Source: an uncultured Candidatus Peribacteria bacterium
GTDB lineage: Bacteria; Patescibacteriota; Gracilibacteria; BD1-5; UBA2023
DNA: 64,000 nt
NCBI GenBank assembly: GCA_964555845.1
Contig: CAZKUA010000006.1
Span: 8,215 to 72,214 of the forward strand
Reading direction: 5' to 3'
The notes under the pieces were generated by a model. The model saw only the letters and a list, made by a program, of their open reading frames with translations, searched no databases and had not been told where the DNA came from. Position numbers and translations under genes: made by a program. Positions 55,529 to 64,000 of the stretch are shown here, in pieces; the first letter of the stretch is position 1; the number at the start of each line of letters is the position of its first letter.

Positions 55529-58312
55529 ATGACTCCAATTAGACCAGAAATAAAACATATAATAAACACCAAAGAAGAGCTAAGAAGAAAATTGGAACTT
55601 CGAGAGGATATTAAAATTCCAGAAGTTACAGAAACTTTAGTATTCACTCAAAAAGAACTTGATGATTTAAAAAAAGAAATTCATGAAAAAAATGGATGAG
55701 AGATTTTTAGAATTTTAGAACCAATAATCAAAGAAAGAACTACCTCATCTATCAAAGCTCAATGAGAAGCAGTGACAGATAAGGCTTGATTAAAAATTGA
55801 TATTCTTAAATGATCTTTGGATAAGGCGAAAAATCCATCATTTGCTTACTGAGAATCTCTAAAAACTTTGGATTTAACTAAAAATCTTGAGTCTCAAAAA
55901 AATTTAATTGAATCAATTTGAGTTTGAGTGATTATCTTAATTCCAGAACTTTCTAAATATAATTTGATTGAAAAATGAGGTTTTGCTAGTATGGAAGATT
56001 TGGCAAAAATCAATAACACAGAAGCAAAAAATAAATTATCTCCAACAAGTTATAATTTACTTAATAAATTAATTGAAATTTCAGCTTGAAACTGAGAAGT
56101 AAGTGAATATTTCAAATCTAATTGGCAAAATCTCCAATCAAGATGACTAGAAGTATCTGGTGCTGCAACTAGTTTTATAGATAAATTAGACAAAAAAGAT
56201 TATAAATTAGACAAAAAAGAAAGTGAATGAGTTTTATGATGGATGAAAGAAAATCCAGGAAAATCAGCAATTTGATTAGCTTTGTGAGCATTCGTTGGTT
56301 ATAAGGCACTTAGTTTTATTGGGGGAGGATTATTTGGTGGATGAGATAGTAAAGATGGCGAAAAAGATTGAATTACAGATGGAATTTTTGACAAAATGTG
56401 ATTATGAAAATATGGTTGATTTTTAAAGAAATTTTGAATTCTTTGAATTCTAGCTGCTGTTGCAATCTGAGCATTTATGTGAAAAGATAAATTAGGAGAA
56501 TACTGGGATAAAATTAAAGAATTTTTTGTTCCTGAAAGTAAAGAAGAAAAAGAAGCTTTCACTAAATTTGCTGAAAAAATTTCTGGAAGTGATGATAAAA
56601 TCAAGATAAGACCAGAAACTATTAATAAAATAAAATGAGATACAGTTAATGATTTTATAAATCCTGTAAATTCTTTCATAACAAAATGAAGAAATTATCT
56701 TTCTTGATTGGTAGGAAAATGAGCCGAAATGATGGGACAGTGAGATGCTGCAAAATATATGTGACTTGGAGAAAAAGATTTATCAGAAATGGAAGCAATT
56801 CAAAAATATCTTGAAAAAAGAATAAAATCAGGAGAATTAAAAGTGAATGACAAAACTACAATTTGAGATTTATGTAAATTAGAATCTTGAAATCAAGAAT
56901 TAGTAAAAAGTGTTGATAGTTCTCATATAGCAGAGATTTGAGCTGCGACTTGAGGAACTATGGCTGTGAATTCTTGAAAATGAGAGAATAATAATGAAGT
57001 AAATACTTGAAATCCTGGAGTCATATTATGAGCAAGAACTTATCAATTATGGCAAGGAACCGTAAAACCTTTTACTCAAATGAATAGTACCGAAAAATTT
57101 TCTGTAATAAATAGGGTATCTAACTTATTCAATAAATTTAAAAAAGATACTTCTTTAAAAGAATTTAATTTAGCAAAAAACAAACTTGGAGATTTAGAAG
57201 TTGAATTTAGTAAATTATCAGAACAATCGAATCATACTCCAGATGAAATTGGAAAAATGACTTTTTTAGATAGACAAATACATGCTATAAAATGATGAAG
57301 TGAAAGTTATAAGGAATTTGTTTTACTTGTAGATAAATGACCTGAATGATTTATAAAACATATAGAATCTTTAGAAGAAAGACAACTATCGAATGCTAAT
57401 AATATAAAAACTTTTAAAAATATAAGAGCTTGAGATTTAAGAGAATTTTGAAGAATTTCAGCTGAAGTTCAAAAAACAATGGATAATCAAAGTATTTTGG
57501 TAAATGGAATTAATTCCGAAATAGAAGTCCTACAGACAGAAAAAACCAAATTAATTCAGACAGACCCAAAGAATAACAAAATATTACAAATAGATGAAGA
57601 AATAAAAATCAAAACAAATAATATTTCTAAAATTGAAACAGATGTAAAGCATTTATTTGAACAATTTAAAACTCAAAATGAGGCCTATCTTGTTGATGCA
57701 TTAAGACATCAAAAAGCGAATTTGAAAATGTCTTGAAAATTTAAGGAAATGATGTGATATGATCTTGAATTGAAAGATCTTAAATTATCTCCAGAAAAGA
57801 AATTTTTCAGATTTTGAAGTTATAAATGAGCTTTAATTCTTACTTGAATTTGAACGACTATTACAGCATTAACTTCTAAAAAAGATAATTGAGATGTAAA
57901 TTGGAATCAAGTATGACATACGGCCTGAAGAATATGAGTTTGATTTGTTCCAATTGTTTGAACTTGATGGGACGCAAAGGATGCTTTTAAAGCTTTTTCA
58001 GCTTGAGATATGATTTGATGAATTGCAAATACCTGAGCTTTCGTAGCAAGTGCTGCTTGAGATATCTTGCTCTGAATGAGTCTCTTAGGATGACCAGTAA
58101 CAGCACCAATTTGAATATGAGCAAAAGCATGAACATCTGCGTTAAGAACTGCAATAAAAGAGTTTTTCTTAGTAGGCTCTAAATCTACAAGACTATTAAG
58201 ATGAGCCGCAGTAGGATGAGTTGTTGTTGCTGTATGAGCTGGAGTTGTACCGTTAGTATCCTATGTCCAAAATGGTGATAAATTAGAAAAATCAGAAAAA
58301 ACAATTATTTAA
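55529..58312 (+). CDS. Large hypothetical membrane/coiled-coil protein, 927 aa
   Basis: The frame matches track ORFs 57080 and 57479 and was checked at 56318. Gly-rich TM clusters lie mid-protein and at the C-terminus. Confidence 0.55.
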
Positions 58313-58329
58313 TCTCCCAAAACTCCAGA

Positions 58330-58358
58330 AAAAATCCACGACTAGTCGTGGATTTTTT
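58330..58358 (+). terminator. Rho-independent terminator
   Basis: aaaaatccacgac-tag-gtcgtggattttt. Confidence 0.8.
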
Positions 58359-58362
58359 CGCA

Positions 58363-58396
58363 CTTGTAGATGAATGCTGCTTGTAGATGAATGCTG
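58363..58396. repeat. Perfect tandem duplication of a 17-bp unit
   Basis: cttgtagatgaatgctg occurs twice. Confidence 0.85.
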
Positions 58397-58522
58397 GTGG
58401 AAAATTAAGAAGTTGCAGAGAGATTTTATGATTTCATTATGAAAATTCGATATTTATATTCAACTATCGGGAAAATGCAAATGATTTGTGTGAAATCTTT
58501 TTGAGAATTTTTGGAGAAAAAT

Positions 58523-58550
58523 TTGCAAAAAAGAGAAATAGGTGTAGAAT
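58523..58550 (+). promoter_or_regulatory. Sigma70-type promoter for fic
   Basis: TTGCAA, 16-nt spacer, TAGAAT. It is followed by the hairpin aggtgtaa...ttacacct in the leader. Confidence 0.55.
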
Positions 58551-58587
58551 AGGTGTAACAAAATTATTTTACACCTAATTTATACCT

Positions 58588-59898
58588 ATGCAAGAAAAAT
58601 ATCTACTAGAAAAATGTGATATAAAAAAATTATCCATAACACAAGAAAAGATTGATATTTACTTTAAAGAAAAACTAAATAAATATTCTGATGAAGAATA
58701 TTTATATTGGGATAAGATTAAATATAAAAATATTCCTGAATGATTTAATGATAATAAGGAATTATGGGGAATAATTAAAATTATGAGAATTCCAAACATA
58801 ATATCGCCAATAAAAACTGAAACATGAAATTTTTTTAAGTTTTGAGAATTACAGTTTTCAAAAGAGCTTTTGCATGAAATTGATAAAAATACTTCTTGAA
58901 CCTTTTTTACTAGTATTTCAGAGACTGATAAAAAATTATTTATAGCAAATTGAACGCTTGAAGAAGCTATAAGTTCAAGTCAATTAGAATGAGCTTCAAC
59001 TACAACAAAAAATGCCAAAGAAATGATTCAAAAGTGAAAAAAACCAACAACAAAAGATGAACAAATGATTTTAAATAATTTTCATGCGATGAATTATATA
59101 AAAAATGATTTAATTAAAAAAGAACTTGAAATTTGAGATTTATTATATTTACAATCGGTTTTAACAAAAGATACAATTGAAAAAGATGAAATATGAAGAT
59201 TTAGAAAGGATTCTGATAATATAATTGTAGAATTTGAATGAAAAATTACACATATTCCACCAAATGAAAAATTTCTAGCCACTGAAATAAAAAATTTCAT
59301 TGATTTTGCAAATGATAAATGAAGTTTTGATATGTTTGTACATCCTATTATAAAAGCAATTTTGATACATTTTTGGATTTGATATTTACATCCTTTTTGT
59401 GATTGAAATGGGAGAACGGCAAGGGCTTTATTTTATTGGTATTTGTTAAAACATGATTATTTTGGATTCTCATATATTCCATTATCATCAACAATCAAAA
59501 AATCAAAAATAGATTATGCAAAATCATATATTTATAGTGAACAAGATGATTTAGACGCTAATTATTTCATAAATTATAATCTTAGAAAAATTAAATTAGC
59601 ACTTAATAAATTCAAAGAAGAGATAACTATAAAATTTAAACAAAATCATAATAATTTAAAAAAATTAGCACATCTCGATTTAAATGATAGACAAAAAAAA
59701 TTAATAAATTATTTTTTAGAAAATAAAGATTCATTTACAAATCCAATAACTCATATGAATTATTATAGTCTTTCAAAGAAAACAGCCATTGTAGATTTAA
59801 AAACTCTAGAAAAAAAGTGATTTATATTCTCCATAAAATCTTGAAGAAATCTTAATTACTTTCCTGTAGACAATTTATCTGATAAAATCAGTAAATAA
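58588..59898 (+). CDS. Fic-family protein (AMPylase-type) with C-terminal winged-helix domain, 436 aa
   Basis: HPFCDGNGRTAR with a TGA Gly (59389-59424). The frame matches track ORF 59443. Confidence 0.85.
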
Positions 59899-59902
59899 GT
59901 TT
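59811..59902. repeat. Direct repeat copy 1 (the native 3' end of fic)
   Basis: aaaaaagtgatttatattctccataaaatc...tctgataaaatcagtaaataagttt recurs 800 bp downstream. Confidence 0.85.
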
Positions 59903-60054
59903 GAAAGTGGATTTATTACACATTGATCAGACGATGACCATATTTTGACTATAAATTTTTTATAAAACTAAATTTACGCCTTTGAAGATTATTTGAAGTT
60001 GTTTAGGTAGAGTCAGAATAGAGCTAAGAATTTAATTTTTTTATTCTATAAAAT

Positions 60055-60636
60055 ATGTTTTTATTTATTTTGTTAATTAAGGTTATTTTAGCTAGTTTTT
60101 ATTTTATTATAATTTTACTTACTTCCTTTTATCTTATTGGTTCTTTTATAGCAATAATTCAAACTAAATGAGTACCATATGTACCAAGTTATGATAAAGA
60201 TATTGCCACAATGAAAGAAAAATTAAAATTAGAAAATACTTGATCAATAATTGATCTAGGCTGTTGAGATGGTAAAGCATTGAGATTTTTTGTTAAAAAT
60301 TATTGATTTAAGAAAGCTGTAGGATATGATCTTAACTTGCCAGCAATTTTGTTTTGAAAATTTTTAAATAAAAATAAAAAAATAAAAAATGTTAAGTTAA
60401 TAAATAAAAATTTTATTTGAGTAGATTTAGCTTGATATGATTATGTTTTTGTTTACTTACTTACTGAATATCTAGTGAAAATTGAAGATTATGTTTTCTC
60501 AAGTATTGGCGACAATACAATAATTATCAGTAACGCCTTCAAATTCAAAAAACACGAACCATTTGAAATTATAAAAGACAATTATTGAAAGGATAGATTT
60601 ATGTTCTATAAAAAAAGTGATTTATATTCTCCATAA
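60055..60636 (+). CDS. Class I SAM-dependent methyltransferase with N-terminal TM helix, 193 aa
   Basis: Motif I IIDLGCGDGKAL. The 3' end runs into repeat copy 2 in a different frame. Confidence 0.65.
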
Positions 60637-60703
60637 AATCCTGAAAATAATCTTAATTATTTTCCTTTAGATAATTTATCTGATAAAATCAGTAAATAAG
60701 TTT
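60611..60703. repeat. Direct repeat copy 2: a relic fic 3' end with an internal 1-nt indel
   Basis: Nearly identical by eye to 59811-59902. The fic reading frame is broken at gaaaataatc versus gaagaaatc. Confidence 0.8.
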
Positions 60704-60740
60704 ACATAAATATTTTTTTTGAAATTAGGCCCGGATTTTT

Positions 60741-60800
60741 GTCATTTCTGCCATCTCTGTCATTCCTGCCATCTCTGTCATTCCTGCGGAGGCAGGAATC
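60741..60800. repeat. Tandem array of two truncated 18-bp units plus one complete GTCATTCC...GGAATC hairpin
   Basis: gtcatttctgccatctct, gtcattcctgccatctct, then gtcattcctgcggaggcaggaatc. Confidence 0.85.
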
Positions 60801-61201
60801 TACTTATTATAACGATAAAGTTTTTCTTAATGTATTTTCTTAATAAATTTTGAGTCAAAAAAGTAATATAAATTGATTTATATATTTTGGCTTTTTGATG
60901 AAATAAAATTTACTAAAATATAGGAATTAGTACAAAAATAGTTTGATTTTTTGGAAAAATTCATATTATAAAATAAAGGTATATAAAAGTCGATATACTC
61001 TGGATATATTTCTAATATAATATTTATGATAAAAGCTACAAAAATAGCTCTTGAAATAAGAAAATCCCAAGAGCTAAATTGTAAAGAATTATATGTAATC
61101 CTTTAGTAAGTAAGTTGAATTATATATATTTTCTAGGATTTTCAAGTTTTTTATATTTTTTGATAAAAAATATAAATTTATAACTTAACTTAGTAATAAC
61201 T

Positions 61202-61405
61202 ATGACACAAGATGCAGCCGGAATGAGATGATACCGTTCTCGTAATCAAAACGGGGAATTAAGACAAAAAAGAGGTGATACACATATTTGAACTATTGAG
61301 CAAAACTATTGAATTGATTTATGAGTTCGTGGTGATATGCACTTAGAAACATTCTTAGAAAATCATAATATTGAATCATTAAATGATTTAATAAATTGAA
61401 AATAA
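61202..61405 (+). CDS. Small hypothetical protein, 67 aa
   Basis: GELRQKRGDTHIGTIEQNYGIDLGVRGDMHLETFL resembles a small family I recall but cannot name. Confidence 0.4.
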
Positions 61406-61429
61406 TTTATAATTTAATTATAAAATAAT

Positions 61430-61546
61430 ATGGCAACTAAAACTATATGTAAACCTACAAGGACTACATCAAAACCTGGACCAAAAACAGTAATTGTTCC
61501 AGCACATAAAAGAAGTACACCAACAAAACTTCCTAAGTGTAAATAA
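61430..61546 (+). CDS. Very small basic ORF, 38 aa
   Basis: An ATG ORF followed directly by a terminator. Confidence 0.25.
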   Translation: MATKTICKPTRTTSKPGPKTVIVPAHKRSTPTKLPKCK

Positions 61547-61551
61547 AAAAT

Positions 61552-61575
61552 AAAATCCTAGCTTGCTAGGATTTT
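61552..61575. terminator. Bidirectional rho-independent terminator
   Basis: aaaatcctag-cttg-ctaggatttt. Confidence 0.75.
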
Positions 61576-61580
61576 ATTTT

Positions 61581-62531
61581 TTATAATATTTCATTAATTT
61601 TATCAAATAAAATTTTAAAATCTGAAAAATTAATTTCATTATGACTTTCTACTATTTTTTTAGAGAAACTTTCTTTTTGCTTTATTTCTAATTTGGTATA
61701 GTTAAATCAATCATCAGACATTGGTTTTATAGAATCTTTAAATCAAATTTTTTCAATATCTTTATCTGATATATAATATTCTATTTCAATACTTCAGTCT
61801 GACTTTTTATTATCTCTTTTTCCGTATCATGGCCTATTTAAAGGAATAGGATAAACCAATCAAGTTGCATAATTTTTTCATAATTTAGTTTTAACTTTTA
61901 AATGATTTTGATCTTCATCTTTTATTTCTTCAAAATCTGCCCTTCTAATATCAATTTTATGATATCCCTTAAATCAGGCATCATCTCTATCAAATAATCA
62001 TATTACTTGACTTTCTCATTTCCAGTAATAAATAATATTTCATAAATTTTCTGCATTTGCTAAAGTTTTTGGTAATTTTTCTCAGTTATATAAATCACAA
62101 TTCTCTATTTTAAATAAAGAATTATTGTCATAGACTTCATTTAAATTATCTTCATTAAAATCATCTAATCAGTTTATTTTTAACCAAGCTGTTTTTAGAA
62201 TTTTTTCATCACTTTTTCATTCAGTTAAAATCAATGGTTTAATAATATTTTTTGATAAATTAGTTAATCTATCATTTCATAATCATCCTGCATCCTCGGG
62301 AATATTCAAAATTTCTATTATCTTTTTTAAAGATTTTTCATCATGTCTTTTTACGGCATTCAAAGACATTGAATAAAAATCTTGTGAATCAATAAATTTA
62401 AAAAAATCATCGGAAATACTTTTTGGAGAATTTGCTCTTATTAGCTCAATAAGTTCATATTTATCAAAAGCTTCTTGATAAAATGGAGGAAATCTTCAAG
62501 TGAGATATATAGAAATACGATTTAAGTCCAT
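61581..62531 (-). pseudogene. TOPRIM-like hypothetical gene interrupted by two compensating frameshifts (or assembly indels)
   Basis: The frame of 62531 stops at TAG 62268-62270. The middle part LILTEGKSDEKIL reads one frame over, until TAA 62141-62143. The rest (GLFDRDDAG...) returns to the first frame and ends at 61581. Confidence 0.45.
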
Positions 62532-62558
62532 AAATAAAATTATTAACAAACACCTCAC

Positions 62559-62609
62559 ATTATATCATTTTTCCATATTTTTGCAAAATTATCATATAAT
62601 CTTTAATAT
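62559..62609. promoter_or_regulatory. Back-to-back promoters sharing one palindromic -35 box, TTGCAA (62581-62586)
   Basis: Minus strand: TTGCAA, 16-nt spacer, TATAAT (62559-62564). Plus strand: TTGCAA, 17-nt spacer, TAATAT (62604-62609). Confidence 0.55.
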
Positions 62610-62675
62610 AAGAAGTTAAATGAAGATAAATTAAAAAATTATTTTGTTTTTTAGGGTTTTTAATTAATATAAAAA

Positions 62676-62880
62676 AGCCAAGATAACATTTTTAAATTAT
62701 TATTTTCTCATAATAAAAATTAAAGGGCAGTTTTACAACTGCTCTCGCCCTTAATGTTTATTATGGGAGAAAAATAGTTATCTTGGCTGACGACTAGAGT
62801 TGTTTATTAAAACTGCCCTTTTTGTTAGCCAAGATTCCAATGTCTTTTTTGGCGTGTTTATTTGATAAATACGCCTTTTA
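62676..62880 (+). promoter_or_regulatory. Structured leader or candidate ncRNA upstream of the EcoRI-like methyltransferase
   Basis: 12-bp perfect pairs 62676-62687/62777-62788 and 62723-62734/62809-62820 are interleaved. There is a nested helix (62703-62717/62757-73), a direct repeat agccaagat (62827-62835) and a terminator-like hairpin (62851-62875) 6 nt before the ATG. Confidence 0.5.
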
Positions 62881-62881
62881 T

Positions 62882-63832
62882 ATGGAAAAGAAATCTAAAA
62901 ATAAAAATCTAAATAATGCAAATACTGCTAAAAAGGATGAATTCTATACACAATTATCAGACATAGAAAAAGAACTAGGTCACTACAAAGAACATTTTAA
63001 ATGAAAAACTATTTTCTGTAATTGTGACGATCCAGAAGAAAGTAACTTTTGGAATTATTTCGCTTTAAATTTTGAGCATCTTTGACTAAAAAAGTTAGTC
63101 GCTACTCATTATGAAACAGAAAAACCCTCATATAAATTAGAAATTGTATGAGATATAAACAATGATTGAAAAATAAATAAACTTGATACTATAAAAACTC
63201 CTCTAAAACAAAATTGAGATTTCAGAAGTCCTGAATGTATCGAAATATTAAAAGAAGCCGATATAGTAATTACAAACCCGCCATTTTCACTATTTAGAGA
63301 ATATGTTGCACAACTTTTTGAATATGATAAAAAATTCATAATTTTAGGGAACTTAAATGCTATAACATATAAAGAAATTTTTAAGCTTATAAAAGAAAAT
63401 AAAATATGGTCTTGAGCCACTCTTGATGGTAGAAATATATGGTTTAGAATACCGGATACTTATGAAAAATATCATAAAATTGAAAACTGAATTAAATATG
63501 CTTTTGTGGCAAGTACAATTTGGTTTGCCAATTTAGACTATAAAAAAAGACATGAAGATTTAATTCTATATAAAACATACAACGAAGAAGAATATCTAAA
63601 ATATGATAATTATAATGCAATAAATGTAAACAAAACAAAGAATATTCCTATGGATTATAAATGAGAAATAGGTGTTCCTATAACCTTTTTACTTAAATAT
63701 AATCCAGAACAATTTGAAATTATTTGAATTGATAGAGTATTAGTGCAAGAATTAACAGGAAAAGTAACTCGTTTTCATATAGATTGAAAAGAAATTTATG
63801 CTCGTGTAATTATCAAAAACAAAAAACTTTAA
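62882..63832 (+). CDS. Adenine-specific DNA methyltransferase, EcoRI-methylase-like family, 316 aa
   Basis: VITNPPFSLFREY catalytic motif (frame checked at 63272) and the N-terminal KKDEFYTQ pattern. Confidence 0.7.
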
Positions 63833-63852
63833 TTTTTTAACAATATTTATTT

Positions 63853-64000
63853 ATGAAAATAGAATTAAAAGAAATTGCAATTAGAGAAGTTGCAAATGGA
63901 TATGTAAACGATAATGAAGAGTGAGTTGTCGGATTTGGCGGAAGGCTAAATATTCGCCCAAAATACCAAAGAGAATTTGTGTATAAAGATAAACAAAGAG
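63853..64000 (+). CDS. N-terminal fragment of a DUF262/ParB-Srx-fold-like protein; continues beyond the window
   Basis: GRLNIRPKYQREFVYKDKQR resembles the DUF262 IPxYQRxYVW box. Confidence 0.35.

Noticed and set aside
60741-60800. Possible CRISPR array
   Set aside because: There are only two and a half directly abutting units with no spacers. The unit belongs to the dispersed hairpin family, and no cas genes are present.
1-64000. Code 4 (TGA = Trp, Mycoplasma-like) as the explanation for read-through TGA codons
   Set aside because: TGA aligns with invariant Gly in GlmS, GGDEF, Walker A, Fic and FKBP motifs. Trp positions such as WDFG in the PKD repeats use TGG.
1-64000. tRNA, rRNA, tmRNA, transposase or integrase genes
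   Set aside because: Visual scanning of intergenic regions found no T-loop (GTTCRANYC) contexts, no rRNA-like conserved blocks and no transposase or recombinase motifs. A tRNAscan/Infernal run is still needed to be certain.

Overview
The window is a strongly AT-rich, gene-dense bacterial chromosome segment that must be read with genetic code 25 (TGA = Gly). This points to Gracilibacteria or Absconditabacteria (SR1) in the CPR/Patescibacteria. In-frame TGA falls on invariant glycines of unrelated families: GlmS MCGIFGYIG, GGDEF RLGGEEF, Walker A GASGGGKST and Fic HPFCDGNGR. TGG still encodes Trp. The supplied standard-code ORF track is therefore badly fragmented, and many of its long antisense ORFs are artefacts. 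I re-translated by eye and checked frames by coordinate arithmetic against the track. This gives about 60 genes. Housekeeping genes include holA, aroB, glmS, queD, a RluA-family synthase, a RlmD-like methyltransferase, a TagA-like glycosyltransferase, two ABC exporters, a CDF transporter, rubrerythrin, HIT, HD hydrolases and a DEDD exonuclease. There are two toxin-antitoxin pairs and an ECF sigma/anti-sigma pair. A cell-surface block holds a roughly 1783-aa protein (pilin-like N-terminus, PKD array, acidic PDWLK-repeat tail), a 766-aa PKD protein and two tail-fibre/S74-chaperone paralogs. The right end carries a defence-like island: Fic, a SAM methyltransferase, a TOPRIM-like gene, an EcoRI-like adenine methyltransferase and a DUF262-like gene. 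The most unusual signals are listed here.
1. Two GC-richer single-gene islands have no in-frame TGA and carry strong GGAGG ribosome-binding sites: a heme-c/DUF3365-type histidine kinase (6092-7666) and a membrane protein (49773-50639). They look like recent imports from a standard-code donor.
2. A family of GC-rich GTCATTCC...GGAATC hairpin repeats and other palindromes occurs in intergenic DNA and also in frame inside coding sequence.
3. A roughly 200-nt leader with interleaved perfect 12-bp complementarities sits in front of the EcoRI-like methyltransferase.
4. glmS, queD and the TOPRIM-like gene show apparent frameshifts. These are either assembly indels or real lesions.
5. There are duplicated non-coding elements and gene relics.
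I found no rRNA, tRNA, CRISPR array, transposase or integrase. All family assignments come from motif recognition without database searches.
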